Assembly (NCBI GenBank): GCA_013265495.1
Contig: MU058423.1
Span: forward strand, 1,625,061-1,689,060
DNA length: 64,000 nt
Direction of reading: 5' to 3'
From: Vicugna vicugna
Taxonomy: Eukaryota
Below, one piece after another: positions 1-11,500 of the stretch (position 1 is the first letter of the stretch; the number at the start of each line of letters is the position of its first letter). A program made the translations under genes and the position numbers. The notes below the pieces were generated by a model. That model was given only the letters and a program-made list of their open reading frames with translations. It did not search any database and was not told where the DNA came from.

Positions 1-372
1 ATTCTATTTTCTGTCTCTGTGAATTTAACTACTCTAGGCACCTCATATTAGTGGAACTGTACAGTGTTTGTCTTTTTGTGACTGGCTTATTTCACTTCAC
101 ATAATATCTTCAAGTTTCATCCATGTTGTCACGTGTATCAGAATTTCCTTCTTTTTTAAGGCTGAATAATACTCCATTGTATGTATATATCACATTTTGT
201 TTATCCACAGTTAGATTGTTTCCACTTAGGGGCCATTGTGAATAATGCTGCTATGAACATGGGTGTATGAGCATCTGCTTGAGACCCTACTTTCAATTCT
301 TTTGGGCATGTGCCTGGAAGTGATATTGCTTGATCATATGGTAATTCTATGATTAACATTTTGAGGAATTGC
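1..372 (-). mobile_element. L1 (L1MB-like) ORF2 end/3' UTR fragment
   Basis: Typical antisense L1 motifs: tggcttatttcactt, catccatgttg, aataatgctgctatgaacatgggtgt, gatcatatggtaattctat. Confidence 0.9.
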
Positions 373-835
373 TTTTATTTTTAAACCATCCTAAACTCTT
401 TTTCTTTTACCTTTTAGCTCTTAAATCTTATTCCTAATCCTCAAATCCTACCTATACATGAATTACCAACTTTTCATATCCCAGGTTTTAGCTTTTCATT
501 TGAAATCTTAATTTCTTATTTCTTTTTACTTTCTAAACATCTCGGCTTCTAGCATTTTATCTTTTTATTTTGGACCTTGTCTATTTTATCTAATCAAATG
601 TGTGTCTTTACTCTATGAGATTTTTGCTTTAGTTTATTTTTAAGCCAGCTCCAAATAATCCTTTGTATTAATATGGTTTATTTTTGTTCTACTTAAGAGT
701 TTATATAGCTGACTTCATATATCTATAATGTCCATCCCACAAATCTATCATATTTCTGATAGTTTTAAATGTTTCTCTTCTGGGATGCCGTGTAAGAAAT
801 GTAAAGAAGGGGTGGGGATAATAGCAATTGAAGGC

Positions 836-1225
836 TGTCATGGGTCAGGTTCCCTGGGAAACAGACTGAGGCAGAAATTTGCACTCAGGAGGTTTATGGC
901 GGAGGGCACTCAGGAGCTACACCTGCAAGGAAATGAGGGAAGCAGGGATAGAGGGAGAAGTTGAACTGTGATGCAGTTGCAAGGGAGGTCTCAGGCCCAC
1001 AGGGAGCTCTGAAGCTGAGATGGACCTTCAGAGATACCTCAAAATGAGGCTGGACACTGGGTCTTTATTTACTAGAACCCTGAATGTACCAGGAGGCATA
1101 ATCTTGGGTAAGAAGTCCCTGCCCTTGAGAGTCATGCTGGGAGGGACCTGGTGTACGCTCTCAGAAGGTGACACTCCTAGGGGTGGGGTGGGGAATCTGA
1201 GTGATGCACTACAGCTTCCACTGTA
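836..1225 (-). mobile_element. ERVL solo LTR (LTR16/LTR33-like)
   Basis: Starts tgtcatgggtcaggttccctgggaaacagac and ends gggaatctgagtgatgcactacagcttccactgta, the reverse complements of LTR16/33-type termini. Confidence 0.7.
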
Positions 1226-2029
1226 GGTGTCCCAAGAAAAAACATACCATATTCTAGGAAGGTAGAGCCCCATAATCTGCTCCTGTGGTGGTCAGCCAAT
1301 TCAGAGGAATGTATTAAAATTATCTGGGGAAAACAATTTATAAGACTCCTCCCCACCAAGTCTGTGTAGTTTGAGAAAAATCGGATCCTTCTCGTATACC
1401 TCCCAGCACACTTTGAAGTGGAGACCCACTAGTCTAGGCCAAAATGATGATACCCCAACTTCTTATGAATGGCTTTTACAAAGTTATGTTCAGGCCATGT
1501 ACAGGACCTCACAAAAAAATGTACTTTCTCTCCATGACAAGTGCTGTGTAGGAGTGGATTCAGGTTTTGTGGGGTCTGAAGATTATATAATTTGTGAGAA
1601 CTCTTTAAGAAAAATGTTACAAAATTATGAATATAAAATTGGCAGGCATTGCCCAGGGCCTTGGAGTGCAAGTGAGGCTAGCTTTGCTGTAAAGCCTCCT
1701 CTGTCCGAGGCCATTACTGCACAACCTGGCTGAGGGGCCCTGCTCACAGTCTCAGGGGTGTGTCACTCCCCTTGGAGGGCTGTGCTCACCAGCTGTTGAA
1801 TTACCTTCTCCCTTTAGACAGTCCTGAGGGATTCTTCCTGGGTTAAGTCCCACGTAAGTGACCCCAACCTACGTCCCAACCTCAAGGCAAGTGATCTCAC
1901 TTGGACACTCTGAAGATACAAAGTTTTCAGGAACTTCTGGACTGCTTTGGACCAGACGCATGAGGCCAGGTAGATGTGGGCCATGATTCTTTACTGGGAG
2001 CAAAGGATAAATTATTTAATGATAAAATG

Positions 2030-2415
2030 ATCAATAATAATAGTAGGTAATAGCTGTTAAACACTTAGCCTGTGCCAGCCCTAGCTCTGAGCACATACGA
2101 ATGATCACATTTCATCTTCATAAGCACACCAGTCAGCATATAGTATTTCTACTGCCATTTGACAGAGGAAGGAATTGAGGTCTAGAGATTTTATTTTTAT
2201 TTTTAAAAAAAATTTTTAGGGGTAATTAGGTTTGTTTGTTTATTTTAATGGCGATACTGGGGATTGAACCCAGGACCTCACACATGCTATGTACGTACTC
2301 TACCACTGAGCTATACCCTCCCTTCAAAAGTATAGAGATTTTAAATAAGATGCCCAGAGACTCACACTAGAAAGCAGTATGAAACCCAGGCTCTGACTCC
2401 AGAGTCTCTGCCCTG
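2030..2415 (-). mobile_element. MIR SINE, interrupted by a younger SINE
   Basis: MIR core ccatttgacagaggaaggaattgaggtctagaga resumes after 2343 as aaataagatgcccagag...gaaacccagggctctgactccagag. Confidence 0.75.
2194..2332 (-). mobile_element. tRNA-Ala-derived camelid SINE (Vic-1-like)
   Basis: Minus strand ggagggtatagctcagtggtagag...gaggtcctgggttcaatccccagta (A and B boxes), then an A-rich tail. 11-bp TSD tagagatttta at 2183-2193 and 2333-2343. Confidence 0.88.
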
Positions 2416-2471
2416 TGACAGTCCCCACCCCTTCTCCCGTGCTGTTCTGCTCTATGAGAAGTCCAGAGGTG

Positions 2472-2473
<2 letters not shown>

Positions 2474-2518
<45 letters not shown>
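2474..2518. repeat. (GT)n microsatellite
   Basis: Perfect GT run of about 22 units. Confidence 0.99.
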
Positions 2519-2520
<2 letters not shown>

Positions 2521-4048
2521 TGTGTGTTGCTCCTTACTGGAAACATGGCCAATTCAGGTCCAATGGTAAAGACTCTGGTATATTAGGTTTTCTGAAGGTT
2601 TTAAAGTCCTTTGCTGAAGAGTTTTAAGTGTTCAAGTCAAGTAAAGCACTCAAGGGATGCTTGAAAGGGCAGGTACTGTACTTGGTGTCTGAGCCCCTCA
2701 GATTGGGTCCAGGGTACAGACTAAGGCATGCTTTAAAAGGTCAGGCCTTTGTTCCCCTCAAACTAACCTGCTTAACGTCACCTTTCATGTTAGAACATTC
2801 CTTTCCCATGGGTCTGGGCCATTTACTTCTGTGACAGTCAAGGGAGAAAAAAAAAAAAGAAGGAATTTTGAAAGCAGTTATGGTGAATGGGAAACCCTTA
2901 TCTCAGTCAACCTTTGCTCCATAGCGTGGGTGAACAGAATTCCTTTCTTCTGGCTTTGATTCATTTCCCTGATAAGATGAAGCTTCTCTGCCTTACCACC
3001 CACTGCCCTGTCTGCTCACACAAACCGTCTCCTTTGGATGATAATCTGTACTTATTCTCCAGGCTCAAATAACATCTCTGGAAATCTAAACACCAGGATG
3101 GGTAGCGATTCCAATGAGCCCTTCTTTCAAGTTTTTATAGAATGAATTGATTCCCATGGACGAGTCTTTGACAGATAGAATTATTAATCTAAATGGAAAA
3201 AAAATCCTTGCTAAACTTACTTTCCTTGAAAAACAGTGGTATCGAATGAAAGCACGTGTAATAAATCTCAGGGGAACATACATTTCCATCTATATTGTCT
3301 ATTATATGTTGTGGCTAGCCCTGTTTTGCTGTGGTCTGAGTGAAAAGTATACGTTTTCCCCCTCACTTATCTTTGCATAACTTCCCTGGAGCCTACCTGT
3401 ACTTATGATTGTGCTGCGGAGGCCAGGGGACAGGCAATAAATGCACCAGGTTTTTCTTGCTTTGTTCAAGCTGTTAGTATTAAAGAATCTTTTCAACCTT
3501 GGATGCCTCAGAGGAGAGGTTTCTCCTCTCATCTCCTCTGAATGGATTGCCATTACCTTAAAACGATTTTATTCACATTCTGTTCCAGCAGATATAGGAC
3601 TTGCCTTCCAGGTGCCTTGCTTGACAGGGAAGAAACATGTAAAGCAGAAATCAGAAGAGGCCATCCAGGAATTTTTCAAACGAATTTCTCATAGACTTGC
3701 CACTGCCTTAAAAAAAAAACCTCAGAGCCACAGGAAAGCACCTCAGTGTGCCTGATCTAGCCTCTACGGACAGGAACTTCATGTAAGAAAAGCTCCATGA
3801 TCTTAATATTGACATCTGACTCTTGATGCTTGTACAGAACACAATGCCCACTGCACTAAGAGTTGGAGGAGTTGGAATGTGGTTTTGATGGCTAATAGCA
3901 CCATCCCATGGAGTGGGTTAAACAGGGATGCATCCTGGACTTTTTAAAACATTGTATACAAATGACTTGATAACACTGATGCGATAGCCACAAATTCCCA
4001 CTGCGCCAAAGAGAAAATAAAGGTAACATTCTCTTATATTAAAATGCC

Positions 4049-4829
4049 AAGGGATGCTCAGTGTCATTAATCATTAAGGAAATGCAAGTCAAAACCACAA
4101 TGAGATACCACAGCATACCCATTAGGATGGCTACTATCAAAAAACCCAGAAAATCACAAGGAAAGAAATTGAGGAAAGAAATGGTTGAAGAAACTGAAAC
4201 CCTTGTGCTCTGTTGTTGGGAATGTAAAACGGTATAGTTGCTATGGAAAACAAGGTGGTAGTTCCTCAAAAAAAATAAAAATAGAATTACAATATGATCT
4301 AGAAATTCCACTTCTGAGTATATAACCAGAAGAATTGAAAGCAAGATCTCAAAGAGATGCTGGTACAGCCATGTTCATAGCAGCATTATTCATAAAAGCT
4401 AGATTGTGAAAGCAGCCCAAGTGTCTGTCATTGGAGGATGGATAAACAAAATGTGGTATATACATACAATAGAATATTATTCAACCTTAAAAAAGAAGCA
4501 AATTCTGACAAATGTTTACAACATGGATGAACCTTGGAGACATGCTAAGTGAAATAATCCAGTCACAAAAAGGCAAATATTCTTATGATTCCACTTATAT
4601 GAAAGAACAGTCTAGACTAGACTAGACTAGACTTAGTCAAGTTCATAGAGACAAAAAGTAGAATGGTGGTTTCCAGAGTCTGAGAGAAAGAAGAATGAAG
4701 AGTTATTGTTTAACAGGTACAGAGTTTCAGTTTTGCAAGATGAAAAGAGCTCTGGAGAGATGGATGATGGTGATGTTTGCACAATAATGTGAAAGTAACA
4801 CTACTGAATGATATACTTAAAAATGGTTA
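4049..4829 (+). mobile_element. L1MB-like ORF2 C-terminus and 3' UTR
   Basis: gaaatgcaagtcaaaaccacaatgagataccac, ccatgttcatagcagcattattca, acatggatgaaccttgga, acttaaaaatggtta. Contains a short (CTAGA)n run near 4612-4632. Confidence 0.92.
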
Positions 4830-5004
4830 CAGGGCATCTTAAAGGCTGCATCAAGAAGGGTTCACTCTGCAAGGTTAAAAGTTCTATGAGTGTCCTACTG
4901 AGAACTGTTATGGCTGAGGCTGGAGTTTCACCTGCTTTTTTTTCTCTGCTAAGTGTATTATGGCCATGCTCAAGGGCATTGTGTCCTTGAACAACCAATT
5001 GGTG

Positions 5005-5643
5005 GTTCAGTTGGACCCCAAGTTACCATGAATAATAAAAACCTTAAAAGTAAAGGCGTAAAGAGCAGAAGTCCAAAGGAAGGTAATTCGGAGCTGACAT
5101 GGCCACTGCATGGTCATTAGATACCCAGAATTTTTCAGGAGCTTTGCTCCATCATCTGTGCATCAACTTTGTGATGCAGGATGGTTGCTAGAGCTCTAGC
5201 TGTCACACCAAGACTCCGAAGAGCAGATTAGAGGAAAGACGAAGAAAGGCTACCTATTTTCAATATAAGAAAACTTCGATAAACAGTTAAGTTTCTTCTC
5301 TATAGCACAAGGAACTACATTCAATATCTTGTGGTAACCTATAATGAAAAAGAATAAGAAAACTAAATATGTATGTATATGTATGTTGAAACATTATGCT
5401 GTACACCAGAAATTAACACACATTATAAGCTGACTATATGTCAGTAAAAAAGTATACATATAAAGTAAACTTCCAGAAACCCCACACAACCTTTTCACCT
5501 ATATATCATTATTTAAAACTTAGTCATATAATCAAACAGTCTCTTAGATTGTCGGTGATGTAGCCATACATAAGTCAAGGTTCTATTATTTCTAGATACC
5601 AGGAAAGTGGGTATACAGAGGACAACTAACAACCTCTGCCACA
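5005..5643 (-). mobile_element. MaLR LTR (MLT1J/K-like), interrupted by an L1 stub
   Basis: gcaggatggttgctagagctctagctgtcacacc and the terminus aactaacaacctctgccaca. Confidence 0.65.
5278..5466 (+). mobile_element. Young L1 extreme 3' end stub
   Basis: tatagcacaaggaactacattcaatatcttgtggtaacctataatgaaaaagaa...gctgtacaccagaaattaacaca. Flanked by aaacttc repeats at 5271-5277 and 5467-5473. Confidence 0.85.
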
Positions 5644-5994
5644 GCTTGAAAGACTAGGCAGAGATGGATTCAATTCCAAATCCTACCTTTTTTCTATCAC
5701 TCCACCGCTCTTCACTTCAGGATAAAGAAGTGGCATTAGCCGAAGCCTAAAGGTGTGAGATTTCAGGGGAGTTCAAAAGAAGAATGAGAACCTCAGTGTG
5801 GCAGGGACACCAGATGTGCGCTTAGATATAGTGGCCATGGTGTTAGGAAGGTAGACACGTGTGATGAAGAGCCTTGAATACCAAGGGAAGAAGTCTGGAT
5901 ATGCTCTGGTCAAAAAGTCAGTGGGAGTCACTGCAGGGTTTTGAGAAGGGGAGGAACCTCTATTCACATGGTTGCTGAGGATCCAGAGGATATG

Positions 5995-6175
5995 ACAGAG
6001 CGGTCTAACGTTCAGGGGGTTTAATATTCGGCATGTCTCTGATACTAGGCAAGTTGCTTAACTTCTTTGTGCCTGTTTTCCTCAAGTGTACATAAGTTAA
6101 TCTAAGTAAAGTGCTGGAACTAGCACCTGGCATATAGTATGCGCTATAAAACTGTTACTGTTTGCTGTTGTTGTT
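5995..6175 (+). mobile_element. MIR
   Basis: ggcaagttgcttaacttctttgtgcctgttttcctca...gcacctggcatatagtatgcgctataaaactgttactg. Confidence 0.7.
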
Positions 6176-7424
6176 ATTAAATTCCATGCAGCCAAACAGA
6201 GGCGAAGCAAGATGTATTCTCCTGGGGCTGAGAGACACCAGAAGAGAGGCAATTAGGGGCTTCCTCAACAGCCCTGTGTGGTTCTCCAGGGTCCGGTCAA
6301 TGTAAGGGGGACTCCTTCCTGAAGCTAGAAGAGAATATGGATTTTGATGAATTTGGAACTGTACTCCACTCCAGGTTTTTCAACCTCCCAGCTGTTCTTT
6401 GCTCTTTTCTGGGCTCAGGCTTTATGCTAGATGCCTCCAGGCTCAAGATGCAATTTGTTTTTTTCTGAAAGCCAAACCGGAACTGAGTAGAGACAGCATC
6501 ACTTTAATGTTCCTGTTCTATGTCTACTCCCAGAGGAAGGGAGGCTCATCTTGCAGCTAGAATCCTGCTGCAGGAAGGAGCTTAATTTCCCTACCCAGCA
6601 AGAGGCAGATAGTCCCCTCCAGCAACTCCTCGGGGCCAGAGAATTTCCGTGGGAGACTCCAGGAGCCTCGGAAATCCCAGCTGCTGCTCTCTGCTTCAAT
6701 GAAGTAGAGTCTAATCTCAGTCTAATTTAAAAGAAAAACATCTTCCCAAGGGCCTTGGGAATAATTAATATAACTTCAAAAATAAAATCATTTTTAGTAG
6801 CATATCCCTTTCCCCAGATAATACCTAGAATTAGTTTGAGGAGAGTATTGCCAAGATGTAAAACTGAATGCTGAAAATACTCCATCAAGCTGGACACTCC
6901 AGCAAGATTGCCACTCTGTTTCATGAAAGCAGCAGCAAAAGGGTGTTGTGAGGTTGGTATCATCATCATTATTTTTAAGATGAGGTAACAGTCACTCGGA
7001 GGGCGATGGAGCTGAGTGAGGCTCAGTCCCAGGACTTTTTATACGAAAACTTGTCTAATTTCCGACTGACCAGCATGTGGCGCTGTTAGCCATTGTCTCT
7101 TTCTGGCAACTCTTTCTTTTGGTTTCTATGATACTAACTTCCTCTGATTTTTCTCCTCCCTATGTAACTGATTCTTCTCAGCACTATTTAATGTCTCCTT
7201 TTCGCCTGCCTATCCCTCAGAGGTTGCCCGATCCCAATAAAGCTGTTTCAGAAGTAGATCTCAAATCCACCCTCTCCTTTCTTTTCTTAAAGATTTTTTT
7301 TAATTTAATATAATTTAAAAAGGCTAATAGTGCTAAAATGTTTATAACTGAATAGAGCAGTCCCATTCTCATATCAACCTGCCCCAATACTGGTCCTGCT
7401 CCCAAAAGGCAGAACTGCTGCATT

Positions 7425-7522
7425 CAGGTGTGTAGGTTGTGCAAAACTCAACTTTGGGGGCACCATTTGAATACATCATGATGGGAATGGCACCTCTAGA
7501 GTGGTGAGATGCATAACCTTCA
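7425..7522. mobile_element. hAT-Tip100 non-autonomous element (MER91-like)
   Basis: gtgtaggttgtgcaaaactcaac...ggcacc...ggcacctctagagt...gcataacct quasi-palindromic layout. Confidence 0.55.
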
Positions 7523-8506
7523 CCATGGTATGTAATAGCCTAGCCAAGTTTTAACCACTCTCCATTCTTTTATCTATTTCTTCTAGTGTTTACCTTTATG
7601 ATTCTAAATAATAATCTTGAACAGTTTTTTCTTAGTTCTCCAATATTGATTATAACGTATTGACTTCTTTTGCTGATGAGTGATTATTTCACTCTCTCAG
7701 CCTCCGCCAGTGCTTTCCCATGACTTCTCTCTTGTCTTTTTATCTGTATAGTTATGTCACAATTTCATTTCAATCAATATTTAATGTCTACCTAATTAGG
7801 ACCACATAAGCACTGTTTACTATTGTGTCAAGTAGTGTACTATTATTACAGTTGCTTCCTTGTTCAACTTAGTATTTTCACAAAGTTAATATGTTCCTCC
7901 TCCCCCCAATTTTCTTAGTATTATAGGTACCAATGTCTATATATTTGGTCTCTTCATCTCCTCCAACAACTTCTCAAATGCAATCTGCTATCATACCATG
8001 CCTTTTTTTTTTGGCCTGGAGAATTATCTCCTGAGCCTTTAATCTTCTATTCTATGGACTGGTTTCTCTCCAGGTAGCCGGCTTACTCTCAGCTACCCGG
8101 CTCTTGTCCTGAGACTTCCCTTCATCGCTAGCCTGGAAATTTCCTTCACTTTTCTCCCATCCTGCTTGGATCTCATGCTTTCTTTTTCCTTGTTGGGTGG
8201 AGCATATTGCCTCATAGCTTCAGACATGATACATTGGAGGTAGGTTTGTTGAGATTTCTGTATGCCTAAAATAACTTTATTCTGTCATCACATATCTTGA
8301 TAGTTTGGCTAACTGTATATTCCAAAGTAGAAATGATTATTCTTCACAATGCTACATGTAGTTCTCCACTGTCTTCTGGCTTCCATGGTAGCTGCTAGGT
8401 ACTAAACCCTTGCGTGTAACCTATTTTTCTTTCTGGAACACTTTTATATTAGTTCTTTTTCCCTGGCATATTGAAATTTTGTGATGTGTCTTGGTATAAC
8501 CTTTTT

Positions 8507-9142
8507 TTTTTACCACCTTTATTGTGACAGGGTTCCTGTAAACTATACATATTTCAGATACACATTTCGATGAATTTTGATCGATATATATACACCCATG
8601 AAATCACCACCGCAGTCAAAATACCTAACATTTCTATCATTCCCCAAAAGGTGCAATTTTTGCATTTCCAATTTATCCTTTTCCACCCTCTTTATCCCCT
8701 GTAACCATAAGTTTGTTCTCTGTGTCTGTGAATCTGTTTCTGTTTTGTAAATAAGTTCATTTGTGTCCTTCTTTTTTATATTCCACAAATAAGCGATATC
8801 ATATGGCATTTTTCTTTGTCTTTCTGGCTTACTTCACTTAGAATGATGTTCTCCAGGTCCATCCATGTTGCAGCAGATGGCATTATTTTATTCTTTTTTA
8901 TGGCTCAGTAGCATTCTATCGTATGTACACCACATCTTCTTTATCCAGTCCTCTGTCAGTGGACATTTGGGTTGTTTCCATGTCTTGGCTATTGCAAATA
9001 GTGCTGCTATGAACATTGGGGTGCATGTGTCTCTTTGAATTAAAATTTTCACTGGATATATCCCCAGGAGAGGGTTTGTGGGATCATACTGTGAGTCTAT
9101 TTTTAGTTTTTTAAGGAACCTCCACACCATCCTCCATAGTGG
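8507..9142 (-). mobile_element. Younger L1 3' portion inserted in HAL1
   Basis: ORF track 8888-9130 gives the L1 ORF2 C-terminus (WRFLKKLKI...TCTPMFIAALFAIAKTWKQPKCP...WIKKMW). Degenerate TSD at 8490-8506 / 9143-9159. Confidence 0.92.
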
Positions 9143-10429
9143 CTTGGTGCAGCCTTTTTAAAAGTTTATTTTGGGAGGAACACTTTTTATACTTTTAATA
9201 CCTCTGTACTTTGGTTTTACAAAATGTCATCAGATTATTTTCTTGATAATTTTGTTTCATCTGTTTTCACTATTCCATTTTTCTACAGCCTCTAATGGTT
9301 TGATATCAGAGGTTGAATCCTCTAATTTCCCTATCTTTTTCTCTCTTATTATTTATATCTTTGTCTCTGTGTTCTGCTTTCAATGAGATTTCTTCAACTT
9401 CATCTTCCAATTCTTCTTCTGAATTTTTAATTATATTGCTAATTTATGACAGCCTTTTCTTTTCTGTTATTGTTCCTTTTTTTAATAACATCCGTATCTC
9501 TCTGAGGATACTAATTATTGTTTGCCTTAAAGTAAGTTTTCTTCTGCTCTTTGTTTTCTTGGAGTTCCTTTTTTCTCTCTCTCTGTTTTTTATGTTACAG
9601 GCCTTTCTCAAAAATCTAGACCTCTTACTTTCTGTGTATTTTTAAGACTAACAGCCCTCTGTGATTGGGCAAGCCTTGATGACTGCTGGAGTTCAAATTA
9701 TAGAATGGATGTTTTCCTTGGGGAAATGTACGTGCACGTGTGTGTGTGTGTGTGTGTCCTTCCCTCCTCCTGTACCAGGGCCATTGAGATTCTCCAGAAA
9801 GAGATGCTTCAGTCTCCTCTCATGAGGGTGTAAGTGTGGCAGCGTATCTTCTCGGGGAAAGGGGAAGGGGACTGAGGGCCTCACCATTCAGGATGCAGCC
9901 TTTCACGCAGTTCCTCTCTTTTCAGTCGAACACTTTACCCAAGCTCACTGCCGTGCCTGGTGTCTCTGAATTCAGAGGCCCTCTGGTTCAACTGCTTTAG
10001 AGAATAAATCCCGTCTCTCCTACCAAAGTGGGAGAACTAATCACCTGGATGTGCAAGGTGTGATCCTCAAGGCTTAACCAATCGTTTTACAGGCTTTCAA
10101 CCAAGACCCCTTTTTTCAACCATACCACACCTCCACCTTCCACAGCACCTAGCACCTCCAGGCTTTTGTTCTCTTCTGGGTTTTTCAGAATGAATAAGAT
10201 TGATTTTCACTAATGTACCCATCCACAGACACTTAAGATTTATCTGCTCTGCTAAACCAATTCCCGACATTCCACATAATTTTTATCTTTATATATTGTT
10301 GTTTAGGATTATGTTTTCCTAGTTTCACCAGTGATGAAATACATGTTTTATTCTAGTCCTTCTTATTTGGGTGATTTTTTAAAGACAAGTAAGTAGAAAT
10401 GTAAACTTAAAACCACAAGGCACTTATCC

Positions 10430-11130
10430 CTTCCTTCCCTTTCCATTTCCACTGCTTAATTCACATCATCAACTCTCACCTGTACCTTTCAAGTATCATC
10501 TAGCTGGTCCCCTACTCCAGTTTCTTTCCCCTCCAATTCATCCTTCACAGATGACCTGATCTGACTGCATCCCTCCCCAACTCAAGAACATTCAATGGCT
10601 ACCCACAACAAACAGAACTGTGTCCTTCTCAATTTGATTCCAGCCAACCTTTCCAGTTTTATTTACCTCTATATTCTTAAACTTTATTTTCCAACAAGCA
10701 TCTATTGAAAAGTTACCATATGCTTAGGTCCATACTAAGCATTGTAAATACAAAGATGAAAATGACAGCTCATGTATTCAGAAGCCATGAAGTCACAGAC
10801 AAGTAAAGGAATACAGCTATTCTTTCCACCTGGCATCTGCTTCTCATCCCTATTTCTGTTGTCAGCATTCTACCCATTCAAAGTCATTCTCAAGCAACAA
10901 GCCTCCTTTATCTCCATGTTGAAATTAATTGCTTCCATCCCCCACACTCCCTTGAGCACTTTTTCTGTCACCTGTTAGAACACTGACTCCAGGAATTGCC
11001 CTGAATATGTCTGTAGATATATCTGTCTCCCGCACTTGATGGGGAACTCCTCAGTGGTAAGGAAGACAATGATCTCTATTATATCAGGAAAGCGTTTTGC
11101 ATGAAGTAGGGACTCAACAAAAATGTATGG
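10430..11130 (+). mobile_element. L2 3' region, with an opposite-strand L2 piece at about 10690-10810
   Basis: ccctccaattcatccttcac, ctcaagaacattcaatggctaccc, ending gtagggactcaacaaaaatgt. Confidence 0.65.
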
Positions 11131-11219
11131 GAAATATCAAGTTTTCCTGTTACTGAATTCAAGGGAAAATGGTTAGCTGGTGTTTGTATAAAAGACACTG
11201 AATTGCTTTATTTATTCTT

Positions 11220-11500
11220 TTGACATCCAAACATTTATTAACCTGCTGTGGACCAGACCCTGTGCCATTCACTATGATCACAAAGATGAAGAAGACAGTC
11301 ATACCCTAAATTGTCTCATGGTCCAACAAGGAGACAACAGTGCAAACAACTGCCAAAACCTGTGATGGGTGCTGTAAGAGAAGTAGGAACAAGGCGAAAG
11401 GAGCTTAGGACCCTGCCTGGGAAGCGGGGAGGGCACCAGAAAGAAGGTGATATCCAGCTAAGATGTGAAAGATGAAGAGCAGCTCCCTAGAGAGAGAAGA
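11220..11500 (-). mobile_element. L2 3' end
   Basis: caaacatttattaacctgctgtggaccagaccctgtgcc...aagaaggtgatatccagctaagatgtgaaagatga. Confidence 0.65.

Larger units (their letters stand above)
7290..10400 (-). mobile_element. Ancient HAL1/L1ME-type element, fragmented by later insertions
   Basis: T-rich antisense L1-like sequence, including ttgatagtttggctaactgtatattcc...ttctccactgtcttctggcttcc (ORF1 region) and HAL1-like ends. Confidence 0.65.

Noticed and set aside
2240..2325. tRNA-Ala-like sequence on the minus strand
   Set aside because: It has a degenerate anticodon arm, an A-rich tail and a TSD, so it is a SINE head rather than a tRNA gene.
3441..3755. 104-aa ORF, and other 100-144 aa ORFs (28027, 30060, 38041, 39785, 55472, 62389)
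   Set aside because: No recognisable domain. Many start at non-ATG codons or overlap L2/MIR, and the lengths are expected by chance in 64 kb.
8888..9130. ORF with clear protein similarity (also 16447-16641 and 44829-45131)
   Set aside because: These are L1 ORF2 C-terminal remnants, not host genes.
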